A DNA stretch of 20,000 nucleotides, taken from Chthonomonadaceae bacterium (lineage in GTDB: Bacteria; Armatimonadota; Chthonomonadetes; Chthonomonadales; Chthonomonadaceae). Below, piece by piece: positions 1-10,729 of this stretch. Both the position numbers and the translations under genes were made by a program. The stretch spans positions 55,187 through 75,186 of the forward strand of contig DASRGZ010000115.1 of the NCBI GenBank assembly GCA_035650735.1, read 5' to 3'. Under the pieces are notes generated by a model. The model was not told the DNA's origin and did not search any database. It worked only from the letters and a program-made list of their open reading frames with translations. The number at the start of each line of letters is the position of its first letter. Within the stretch, counting starts at the first letter, position 1.

Positions 1-918
1 CGGCTCTGGCTGGATCAAACGCAATTGGTCCAGGAGGTACATCGCCTGGGGCGCGCGGCCCCGACGACATGGAAGCAACTGGCAGCCTATCAGGAGAGCC
101 GGTTCTGGGAGAATGCGCCGCCCATGGAGCCGCTTCCGCAGCGTTTTCCGCCTCCCAACCGCGCGGATGTCCTGCGATGGCTGGCCGATCAAGCACACAT
201 TGAGTTTGTTGCCGATTACTACTCCCTGCCCGGTATTACCCTTCCTGGTGAGATGCAACAACGGCTAACGCGCCCGGTTGAGGAGGAACTTAACTTCCGC
301 GCCGCCCAGCTAGATAGCAGTTGGAAACGGGTCGGGGATATTTATCTCCTGCGCGATAACCGCTGGTACCGCGATGACTATCTGGAAGTGCCTGCGCCGC
401 TGGCCCAGAAATGGCTGGCCCAGCGTGCGGCCTCCAAGCAACAGGCCGGCCCGGCGAGCCGGGCAAAGCAATCGCCTATTCCCGCGCAACTTGAGTGGGA
501 AGCCGCTTTTGCCGGTCAGCTCACACGCTGGCAGATAGCCAACGGCCTGAAGTGGTTAAGGCCCGAGGAATCGCACTCGGATTCCGATCCCAAACAACCG
601 ACGCCGGCAGTGCCCCTCTCTCCGCGCGCCATGTTTCCTTTCTACTCGGATGCGGATGAAACCCTGCACGAGTACAATCTGGCCCGGTTCTATGCAAGTC
701 TTGATTCTGATGCCCGCGCCGCCCTCCTGGAAAAGCGCCTTGCCTTCGCGTCGCTCACGCCTGAGCAGAAGCAGCAGGCGCTCTTCCTGACGCCAACACT
801 GCGCGCCGCATTAGCAGCAAACCAGGCGAAACCTGTTATGCTCGGCGTGGAAGATAAAAGCCTCCTCGGTCGCAAGATCAGCCTGGTCTTTTCTGTTCCC
901 AATTCACCGGCGCAGTAA
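1..918 (+). CDS. Hypothetical protein, 5'-truncated by the window edge
   Basis: Frame 1 is open from base 1 to TAA at 916-918; the listed TTG start at 25 has no RBS. Protein-like composition, no family recognised. Followed by a hairpin with a T-tract. Confidence 0.75.
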   Translation, partial: RLWLDQTQLVQEVHRLGRAAPTTWKQLAAYQESRFWENAPPMEPLPQRFPPPNRADVLRWLADQAHIEFVADYYSLPGITLPGEMQQRLTRPVEEELNFRAAQLDSSWKRVGDIYLLRDNRWYRDDYLEVPAPLAQKWLAQRAASKQQAGPASRAKQSPIPAQLEWEAAFAGQLTRWQIANGLKWLRPEESHSDSDPKQPTPAVPLSPRAMFPFYSDADETLHEYNLARFYASLDSDARAALLEKRLAFASLTPEQKQQALFLTPTLRAALAANQAKPVMLGVEDKSLLGRKISLVFSVPNSPAQ

Positions 919-983
919 TCTAGTAATCAGGGCCAATCGTCGAGAAGACAATACAGGCCGCAAACTTTGTTTATCTTCTTGCT

Positions 984-1035
984 GCCAGGGACAGGAGGTT
1001 GTCCCTGGCTTTTTGTTATCATCGGAGTCCTGCCG
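984..1035 (+). repeat. Dispersed hairpin repeat, copy 1 (GCCAGGGACA-GGAGGT-TGTCCCTGGC plus tail TTTTTGTTATCATCGGAGTCCTGCCG); possible terminator and/or operator-promoter
   Basis: Perfect 10-bp inverted repeat (984-993 / 1000-1009) with a 6-nt loop and a T-tract; 47/52 identical to 4288-4339. Confidence 0.9.
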
Positions 1036-1146
1036 CCTCCGCCGGTTGTCACAGTTTTTTCTCCTGGTTTCTAGTTATGGCGTAATGTGCTTGAGTCCAG
1101 CATCTAATAAGTGGAACTATATTTGCTCAGGAGGCAGGAAGACGCG

Positions 1147-1995
1147 ATGAAGGCTGAGGGGAACGAGCGCATAACGGTCAAGGAAGTGGCCCGGCTGTTG
1201 AGTTGCTCGGTGACCGGGGTTCGCTACTGGATACGCAAGGGATATCTGACCCTGCACAGGCCGCCAGGGCGGACAAAAGGGCGTCCCGCATGGCTATTGA
1301 TATCGGAGGTGCGCGCCTTTGCCGCCCAGCGTGAGCGGGAACGGCAACGGCAGTACCGCTGGCTGCGCAACCGCCGTGTTCAACCGCTGACGGCGGGGCT
1401 CAGGCAGGAGGAGCGGTTTATTACCCTCAAGGAGGCGGCGGCGCTGCTTAGGGTGACACTGGATCGTGCCGCCAAGCTCGCCCGAGAGCGCAAGCTGCCG
1501 ACGTATCGTCCTACGGAAGGCCATTTCAAGTACCTGCTGCCGTTGCGCGCTGTTGAAACTCTTCGCGAAGATCCCCACTATTTGCGTGATCGGGCGGAGT
1601 GGGAGAACCGTCACGGGCGCAAGGGCAGGGGGCCGGGTGGGGAGGTGCTGGACGGCACGCCTGCCGAGGAAGAGGCCGAGTGGCTGACGGCGGAGCAGGT
1701 GGGGCATCGGCTGGGGATAAGTTATCAGCGGGTCTATTGTCTGCGCCGTTCGGGGCGGCTGCCTGCGGTGCGTTGCCGACGCTTGGGCAACCCGAACGGC
1801 CCGCTGTGGCGTTTTCATAGGGATGCCATACAGGCGCTCCTGGACGACCCGAAATACCAGCAAGACCGGGCCAAATATCAGAAGGCCGAAGCGACGACGT
1901 TTAACAAGCAGGTGGAGTGGACGCTGCGCGTCAACGGCTGGGATCGCACCGACCATGAGTGGGGTTATGAAGGCTGGCCGGGCGGTATCTGGTAG
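1147..1995 (+). CDS. Protein with three tandem excisionase/MerR-like helix-turn-helix (HTH_17) units
   Basis: Three motifs of the type [IL]T..E.A..L..S...V.......G.L: ITVKEVARLLSCSVTGVRYWIRKGYL, ITLKEAAALLRVTLDRAAKLARERKLP, LTAEQVGHRLGISYQRVYCLRRSGRLP. ATG at 1147 follows AGGAGG/AGGAAG. Confidence 0.8.
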   Translation: MKAEGNERITVKEVARLLSCSVTGVRYWIRKGYLTLHRPPGRTKGRPAWLLISEVRAFAAQRERERQRQYRWLRNRRVQPLTAGLRQEERFITLKEAAALLRVTLDRAAKLARERKLPTYRPTEGHFKYLLPLRAVETLREDPHYLRDRAEWENRHGRKGRGPGGEVLDGTPAEEEAEWLTAEQVGHRLGISYQRVYCLRRSGRLPAVRCRRLGNPNGPLWRFHRDAIQALLDDPKYQQDRAKYQKAEATTFNKQVEWTLRVNGWDRTDHEWGYEGWPGGIW

Positions 1996-2088
1996 ATAAA
2001 TGGTGGGACGCCAAGAGGAAAGTCATGCTATAGGGCGTATAAGCTGGTAACTGGTAAATCGACTCTAACTCTGCGAAAGGAGAATGCG

Positions 2089-2538
2089 ATGAAGCTTCCT
2101 GGAATGCTCCTGGTTCTTACGCTTGTCAACTTGATGCTCGTTTCGATCCTGTTGGCGCGCGGTCAGAAAGCCGACGCCCGCAACGAATTGTCGGTCCTTC
2201 GTGGCCGGGCGCTGGAGATCGTGGATGATCAAGGCAGGGTCCGTGCGAGCATCAACATCTTCCCAACAGATCCTAAATTCAAGACAGCGGACGGCAAACC
2301 GTATCCAGAGACTGTTCTGCTTCGCCTGATCAACTCCAACGGCGCTCCCAACGTCAAGCTCAGCGCTTCCAACGATGGCGCGGCGCTCGGTCTGGGAGGC
2401 GCCTCCAATCCCACTTACATTCAAGTGATTGCCGCCGGGGACGAAACGTTTGTAAATATGACAAACAAGGACGGAAAGAAACAGACGTTGAAGCCTGGAA
2501 GGAGAAACGGACCAACTCCCTATTTCCCCCGCCGATAA
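2089..2538 (+). CDS. Hypothetical exported or membrane-anchored beta-rich protein
   Basis: AAGGAG RBS before ATG 2089; N-terminal hydrophobic stretch; beta-strand-like segments (LEIVDDQGRVRA, LLRLINSNGAPNVKL). Confidence 0.75.
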   Translation: MKLPGMLLVLTLVNLMLVSILLARGQKADARNELSVLRGRALEIVDDQGRVRASINIFPTDPKFKTADGKPYPETVLLRLINSNGAPNVKLSASNDGAALGLGGASNPTYIQVIAAGDETFVNMTNKDGKKQTLKPGRRNGPTPYFPRR

Positions 2539-2868
2539 CAGACGAACTTTGCAAGCAGAGGCGCGGTGGGAGTAGCCCGTTTGACCTCTAAGTAACCTTG
2601 GGTTTTGAGGTGGATCGCCCCCTCGGCAGCAGGCTGGCGCGGAGCAGATCCAATGTCCCACGTCCACAAACCGCGTCCGGTGGTAGAAGCTGCCCGCGTG
2701 AGTTTAGTTATCGGGGTTGGCTGAGCGAAACGGAGGGACACATCATCGTACACAAACAGGAAAAGTGGGAAAGTCAAAAAGGCCAACATGGGGATGCGCT
2801 TTCGGACATGCATAAGAAACCGAGGAGTTATGTGGTCACCGATCCATTCCATACGTACCTACTGAGAA

Positions 2869-3654
2869 TCAGGCACGTTCGGCACTGACGGCAATTGTGG
2901 TGCGGGTGCGATAGGAAAGGCGAGGATCCTCCAGACATTCCCCTAATCGCGCGACCTTGGCTGCGACCGGGGGGTGTGTCTGCGTTAGGGAAGCGGCTAA
3001 CTGTTGGAAAGAGATCTGATGGAACCGGGCTTCCGCACTGCCTCCTACGACGGTACGGGCGCGGCGCGTCATACGGGTAACCTGAAAGCCAACACGCTTC
3101 GCTAGCGCCCCAAGGTGTTGCCCTAATCGCACGTCCATCCCGCGTTCAGCATACACCCAAAGGACATCCTGTATTCCTTGCTCGCAGGTCGAGCGCAGGG
3201 GTTCCGGTGTGCCTGCATCCACTTGCCAGGTCGAGAAGTCCGACTCCTCGACCAGTAAAACGCCTCCCGGCTTGAGCGTAGACAGCACCTTGGAGAAGAT
3301 GCGTTCGTGTTGCTCCTGGGGGACATGGATGAGGACATGGCGCATATGCGCCAGATCGAAGGTCTGCGGCGGCAGGGCATCCTCGACAATGTCATGTCGC
3401 CACACTTCGCACCGCTCCGAGTCCAGGAGATGAGGCTGCACATCGGTAGCCACGACCCGTCCCTCTTTCCCCACCTGGTCGGCCAGCCAGTAAGCGATGG
3501 AACCGGCCCCGGCGCCAATCTCCAGGCAGTTCCACCCCGCTCCGACGCCCAAGGTAATTAACTGCTCCAGGGTGCAGGCATCTTCTATTTGCTCCAGAGC
3601 CTGCAGACGCGCGAGCGCAACAACGTGTTCATTTGGATAGAGATAGTCTGTCAT
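2869..3654 (-). CDS. Class I SAM-dependent methyltransferase
   Basis: Motif I CLEIGAGAGS, VVATD, FDLAH.R.VL.H and LKPGGVLLVEE. Confidence 0.92.
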   Translation of the reverse strand: MTDYLYPNEHVVALARLQALEQIEDACTLEQLITLGVGAGWNCLEIGAGAGSIAYWLADQVGKEGRVVATDVQPHLLDSERCEVWRHDIVEDALPPQTFDLAHMRHVLIHVPQEQHERIFSKVLSTLKPGGVLLVEESDFSTWQVDAGTPEPLRSTCEQGIQDVLWVYAERGMDVRLGQHLGALAKRVGFQVTRMTRRARTVVGGSAEARFHQISFQQLAASLTQTHPPVAAKVARLGECLEDPRLSYRTRTTIAVSAERA

Positions 3655-3719
3655 GTTGCGATACTCATGCTGTCCCGTCTTGCTCTAACCAAGCCCTGGC
3701 TCTCTTGCCACCCAGGACA

Positions 3720-4091
3720 CTACCTCCGCAGAGGCGCGAACTCCGGGCCGGTGTACAATTGCCACAGAATCGGAGCCGACAGACCGGCGGTCAGGATCAC
3801 CGGAAGGGCCAAGAGCACCCACCAGACCAGGCGCTTACGCGCCTGTTTGGCTTGCCCTTCTTTCCCGGAGTGCATACAGACCCCCGCCACAAGGCCCGCC
3901 ACAGCGCCCAGGATAGGAGCGCCTGGGATCGTGATAATTCCAATATTCATGTATTCGGGGGATCCCGCGAGCGGAAAGAGTTTGATCACGAGGACCACCA
4001 CGCCATTGACCAAGAAGAACCAGGAGACCGCTCCGAGGAGGATAGTCTCCAGCACCCGAAGCAGCCACCGCATATCCGAGGATGCTTGCAT
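3720..4091 (-). CDS. Small membrane protein with about 3 TM helices
   Basis: AGGAGG RBS just upstream of ATG 4091 (MQASSDM...); three hydrophobic segments. The longer ORF from 4259 adds an unlikely Arg/Ser-rich extension. Confidence 0.7.
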   Translation of the reverse strand: MQASSDMRWLLRVLETILLGAVSWFFLVNGVVVLVIKLFPLAGSPEYMNIGIITIPGAPILGAVAGLVAGVCMHSGKEGQAKQARKRLVWWVLLALPVILTAGLSAPILWQLYTGPEFAPLRR

Positions 4092-4287
4092 GGAATCCCT
4101 CCTGGGCCGCGCCGGACTAGCCCTTATACGAACACCGCCACTCTGCCTGTTGCGCGCGCTGCTGGGCAGCCGCACAGGGCGAACCTTGCCTACAAATTCC
4201 TGGCTCCTGCGAAAACTCCTGCTTGGTCGGCAAGCCTCTCCTCGCGATTTAGAGGACATGAGGAATTTAAATCTTGAGAGGCAGAAT

Positions 4288-4339
4288 GCCAGGGACAGGG
4301 TGTTGTCCCTGGCTTTGTGTTATCATAAGAGTCCTGCCG
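4288..4339 (+). repeat. Dispersed hairpin repeat, copy 2 (GCCAGGGACA-GGGTGT-TGTCCCTGGC plus TTTGTGTTATCATAAGAGTCCTGCCG), upstream of the nucleotidyltransferase-uvrA pair
   Basis: Perfect 10-bp arms (4288-4297 / 4304-4313); TGTTATCAT extended -10-like motif at 4318-4326. Confidence 0.9.
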
Positions 4340-4524
4340 TCGCAAGGGTGTGGCAGGGTTCAGCCTGCCTCACGGTCGCACCTGCGCAAAAAGGATTTTC
4401 CGCCTTTGGAAAACGCGCGGGAGTGTGCAACTTAACGGCAGCGCCATCTGTCAAGAATCAAGCGTGCCAACCACTCAGGTTCTAGAACCTCCTGTTCCCC
4501 GTGCAGGCAAGGAGACAGACAGCC

Positions 4525-5453
4525 ATGCAGACGACGACGGAGAACGTCCAACAACGCTTTGCCGAGGCGCTCGAATCGTTTGTGGCGCGGGTCAAGCAAG
4601 ACCCCTATGTGATCGCGGCCCTGCTCTTCGGCAGCCTGGCCTACGATCAGGTCTGGGAGAAGTCGGATATTGATATCATCCTCGTCGGCAAGGACGAGCG
4701 CAAGCCGGAGCGCTCCTACGCCCTGGTCGAGAACGGCATCAATATCCATATCATTATGCTCTCCCGCAGCAAGTTCAAGCAGGCCCTGGAAGGCTCCCTG
4801 CAAAGCTCCTTCTTCCACTCCTCCTTCTCCAAAAGCACCTTACTTTTTTCCAGAGACGAGTCCCTCCGAGAGTATTACGACAACGTGAAGCGCGTTGGAG
4901 CGCGCGACAGGGAGATGCAACTGCTGCGTACCAGCGGCGGCACGATCTACTCCCTGGCGAAGGCGGAGAAGTGGTTCTATGTCAAGCGCGACCTGGAGTA
5001 CAGCTTCCTCTGGATTCTCTACACGGTGGACAGCCTGGCAAAGATCGAAGTACTGCTCCACAGCGAAGTGACCGGGCGCGAGGTCATTCAGCAGGCGCTC
5101 CAGATCAATCCCGACCTCTTCCATGCGCTCTATACCGACCTTATACACGGGCCGAAGACCGCGCAGGCCATTCAGGAGGCCCTGGATCGCATCAACGGCT
5201 ACCTGGACGAGAAGGCGATGCTCCTGTTCCGGCCCATCCTGGACTATCTGGCCGAGTCGGGCGGCGCTCGCTCTGCCACCGAGATTGACGAGTACTTCAA
5301 GAAGAGGGCGCAAACCGAAACGCTGTCTTTTGTGTGTGAGTGGCTGGCGGACAAGGACATTATCCGCAAGGTGTCCGCTCCGCTCTTCCTGACCGAAAAG
5401 AGCCGTGTCGCCGTCGAAGAGGCGGCCTACTACTATGATGGAGGCGAGAGATA

Positions 5454-5454
<1 letters not shown>
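4525..5454 (+). CDS. Pol-beta-superfamily nucleotidyltransferase domain protein (YgxA-like: NTase, helical domain, C-terminal winged helix)
   Basis: Signature [19 protein letters not shown] (hGS...DhD); helical middle region; C-terminal wHTH-like segment ([21 protein letters not shown]...[11 protein letters not shown]). AAGGAG RBS before ATG 4525. Stop overlaps the uvrA start (TAATG). Confidence 0.85.
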
Positions 5455-8318
<2,864 letters not shown>

Positions 8319-8457
8319 ACATCGCTGCCCGACCAATCGTCGCAGGGGACGAGCCGCCAGCCATGCTTGTGTAGAGCAGTAAGGTTCTTCAGGCGGCTCA
8401 CCCCTGAACTCGGTAGTTATGCAGCAGGGATTAAGTCAGCGAGAGGGGACATTTCCG

Positions 8458-8874
8458 ATGAGCGATGACTTGCAGAGAGCCAGGAAGCAGAAGACCGCTA
8501 TAGCCCCCATGCTCTCGGTGCGAAACGGGGCGCGTGCGGTCGAGTTCTACAAGGTGGCGTTCGGAGCCGAGGAGGTATTCCGCATCGAAAGCGAGGATGG
8601 GCACATGGTTGCTCGGTTGTCCGTGCGGGGAGCTGAATTCTGGCTTGCCGACGAGTCTCCGGAGTATTTCAACTTCAGCCCCGAGTCGCTCGGTGGCGGC
8701 TCTGTGCGGATGGTGATGACCGTGGAAGACCCGGATGCCTCTTTCGAACGGGCTGTCGCAGCAGGGGCTACCAAAGTTTGGCCCGTCAGCAATCAGCACG
8801 GTTGGCGCTTAGGACGTATCGTCGATCCGTTCGGACACCATTGGGAAATCGGCAAGCCCCTTTCAGAAGGCTAG
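8458..8874 (+). CDS. VOC family protein (glyoxalase/bleomycin resistance/PhnB-like)
   Basis: IAPMLSVRNGARAVEFYKVAFGA and WRLGRIVDPFGHHWEI motifs; GAGGGG RBS before ATG 8458. Confidence 0.92.
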   Translation: MSDDLQRARKQKTAIAPMLSVRNGARAVEFYKVAFGAEEVFRIESEDGHMVARLSVRGAEFWLADESPEYFNFSPESLGGGSVRMVMTVEDPDASFERAVAAGATKVWPVSNQHGWRLGRIVDPFGHHWEIGKPLSEG

Positions 8875-8915
8875 TGAACGTCGGTTGCCTATAGCTCGTG
8901 GAGGGAACCGGTATG

Positions 8916-8953
8916 CTGCCAGGGAGAAAGTAATCTCCCTGGCAGTTTCTTAT
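8916..8953 (+). terminator. Dispersed hairpin repeat, copy 3 (CTGCCAGGGAGA-AAGTAA-TCTCCCTGGCAG plus TTTCTTAT); likely intrinsic terminator after the VOC gene
   Basis: Perfect 12-bp stem (8916-8927 / 8934-8945) about 40 nt after the stop, followed by a T-rich tail; compensatory C-G to G-C pair relative to copies 1 and 2. Confidence 0.7.
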
Positions 8954-9069
8954 CTGCCCTCCGTTAGAAGAGGAACGCTTCCGCCTTGCTAAGCCCTCTG
9001 TCCGGCGATTGGCAGCCCGGTATAGAGCGTATATGGAGAGCATTTCAGCCCGTTACCATGCCTGGAACT

Positions 9070-9124
9070 AAAAATAAAAAGTTTGAGGAGGGCTTGACTC
9101 TGACATTACGTCACCCTGTACACT
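9070..9124 (+). promoter_or_regulatory. MerR-type sigma70 promoter with 19-bp spacer and operator dyad
   Basis: -35 TTGACT at 9094-9099, 19-nt spacer, -10 TACACT at 9119-9124; dyad TGAC-ATTAC-GTCA at 9101-9113 in the spacer; A-tract (UP-like) at 9070-9080. This matches the established Mta/TipA promoter architecture. Confidence 0.88.
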
Positions 9125-9146
9125 CCAGAGCAGAAAGGAGGAAAAC

Positions 9147-9923
9147 TTGAATCGCCGTTTCTATCGCATAGGCCAGTTCGCCGACAAAGCCTCTGTCACC
9201 GTCCGCGCGCTGCGCTACTATGATCGGGTTGGGCTGCTGTCGCCCTCGCAGCATACTGAGTCGGGTTATCGTCTCTACACGGAACAAGACCTGCTTACCC
9301 TTCAGCAGATTCTATCGCTCAAGTTTCTGGGCTTCTCGCTGGAGGAGATTAAGCTCTGCCTGCACGCCGAACCGAAGCGGTTCCAGGAGGCCCTTGTTCA
9401 GCAAAAAGCCCTGCTGCGGGAGAAACGAAGCCAGTTGGATGCCATTCTTGGGGCCATTGAGGAGATAGAGTCGCGACTGGAGGCGGGCGATTGGGATTGG
9501 GAGTCCCTCGCCGGAGCGATTCAGGTGAAAAGGATCATGTCAACAGCAACAACCCTGAGTGAGGCTCTCAAGGGTCTCGAAAATCAGTTGGTACAGGACA
9601 ACAGGCAGCAATTCGTTCCGTTGCTGGAAGAGCGGTCCGTGCAGGAGGCGATTCGCGTCGCGCAAGCCGCCTATGAACCGCTCACGCCAGGGAAGGGTGA
9701 ACACTATTACCGGTCGGTTATTCAGCCGCTCTTGCAGCAAATCGTGGATCAGGGCGCATGGCCAGGGAACGCGGAGTTCGATGCTTTCTACGAGTTGCCG
9801 AAAGATAACGGCGTCACCTATCAGGGTTTGGGAGTGAGCCTCGAAATCTGGACGCCCGATGAGGCATTTAAAGGCTTCTCATTGCCGGTTTTGGATGTGT
9901 GGTATGGCCGCTGGGTCGAGTAG
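9147..9923 (+). CDS. MerR family transcriptional regulator with unrecognised C-terminal domain
   Basis: YRIGQFADKASVTVRALRYYDRVGLLSP..TESGYRLY..LKFLGFSLEEIK followed by a coiled coil; AGGAGG RBS before TTG 9147. Confidence 0.93.
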   Translation: MNRRFYRIGQFADKASVTVRALRYYDRVGLLSPSQHTESGYRLYTEQDLLTLQQILSLKFLGFSLEEIKLCLHAEPKRFQEALVQQKALLREKRSQLDAILGAIEEIESRLEAGDWDWESLAGAIQVKRIMSTATTLSEALKGLENQLVQDNRQQFVPLLEERSVQEAIRVAQAAYEPLTPGKGEHYYRSVIQPLLQQIVDQGAWPGNAEFDAFYELPKDNGVTYQGLGVSLEIWTPDEAFKGFSLPVLDVWYGRWVE

Positions 9924-9931
9924 CAGTGAGC

Positions 9932-9959
9932 GGCAAGAGATATTCTTGCCTTTCCTCTT
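9932..9959 (+). terminator. Putative intrinsic terminator after the MerR gene
   Basis: GGCAAGA-GATAT-TCTTGCC stem-loop followed by TTTCCTCTT, 8 nt after the stop. Confidence 0.5.
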
Positions 9960-10152
9960 GCTGGCTGGTCCGTAATAACGGCAAAGTGTCTCGGTTCCTA
10001 CTGATCCGCCCCTAGCTTTCTAAAGGCACTCTGCGTGCTTGACGCTGACTTTGAAGGCAAACTTTAGAGATTAATGCTCGAATCAGTAAACCGGCCTGCT
10101 CCTGAAAAGAAGGGAGTACTGAACAAAAAGTGTAGAATTCTTTCCGCTTTTG

Positions 10153-10193
10153 CTGCCAGGGACGGAGTGTTGTCTCTGGCAGTTTGTTATTAT
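10153..10193 (+). repeat. Dispersed hairpin repeat, copy 4 (CTGCCAGGGACG-GAGTGT-TGTCTCTGGCAG plus TTTGTTATTAT)
   Basis: 12-bp stem (10153-10164 / 10171-10182) whose two non-Watson-Crick positions are both G-T; followed by TGTTATTAT. Confidence 0.85.
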
Positions 10194-10245
10194 AGGGTAT
10201 ACCCTGGCGCGCTGCGCGCTACCGCTCCACAGGAGGCTACAGGTC

Positions 10246-10431
10246 ATGATGCCAATGCTATTTGCCCACTGGAATCGTCTGTTCCACCGCGATAGACCGT
10301 CTGTATCATCCCATTCCGTCCGTCAACGGCGACCGCGCCGGTCCCTCGTCACGACCTTGTCAGACGAAAACAGCGTTCTCTTCATCTTCTACGCATACCT
10401 GCTCTGCTACCGTCCCTGGTGGCTATCCTAG
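10246..10431 (+). CDS. Putative small protein (61 aa) with hydrophobic/aromatic C-terminus
   Basis: AGGAGG at 10231-10236 before ATG 10246; lies downstream of a -10-like motif; no family recognised. Confidence 0.4.
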   Translation: MMPMLFAHWNRLFHRDRPSVSSHSVRQRRPRRSLVTTLSDENSVLFIFYAYLLCYRPWWLS

Positions 10432-10476
10432 CTGCCCACTATACACAGCCGACAACAATTTTGAAGGAGCACCGTA

Positions 10477-10710
10477 ATGACACGCACCATTTCTGCGCCA
10501 CGTTTCTTCTTCTCCGGCGAGACGGTTGAGCCTGGAGTCTATCGCGATGTCGAGTCTGGCGCGACCGTCACCGTCCTGGAACCGGATACGCTGCCTTTGG
10601 AAGTGCGGATTCTGCGCGTTACCCGATTTTTCTTGCGTATAGACCAGGAACCGAATGCCGCCGTCGCGAACTTGACCCTGCCTGTCTGTGAGAGTGGGAC
10701 CGGGAGTTAG
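10477..10710 (+). CDS. Small hypothetical protein (weak YjzC-like F.xGE...PGxY pattern)
   Basis: GAAGGAG RBS before ATG 10477; FFSGETVEPGVYRDVESG...DTLP pattern. Confidence 0.65.
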   Translation: MTRTISAPRFFFSGETVEPGVYRDVESGATVTVLEPDTLPLEVRILRVTRFFLRIDQEPNAAVANLTLPVCESGTGS

Positions 10711-10729
10711 GCCGAAAGGAGAGAGGCAC

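Noticed and set aside
2520..2888. Short ORFs between the exported protein and the methyltransferase (2598-2888 +, 2520-2852 -)
   Set aside because: No convincing RBS or family motif; a degraded gene fragment cannot be excluded but is unsupported.
3589..4485. 298-aa and 214-aa plus-strand ORFs
   Set aside because: Arg/Ser/Pro-rich, no RBS, they overlap the better-supported minus-strand genes, and the longer one runs through the intergenic repeat.
4485..4497. Firmicute/actinobacterial SOS box upstream of the uvrA operon
   Set aside because: The sequence is GAAC-N5-GTTC, not the canonical N4 spacing; retained only as an unassigned palindrome.
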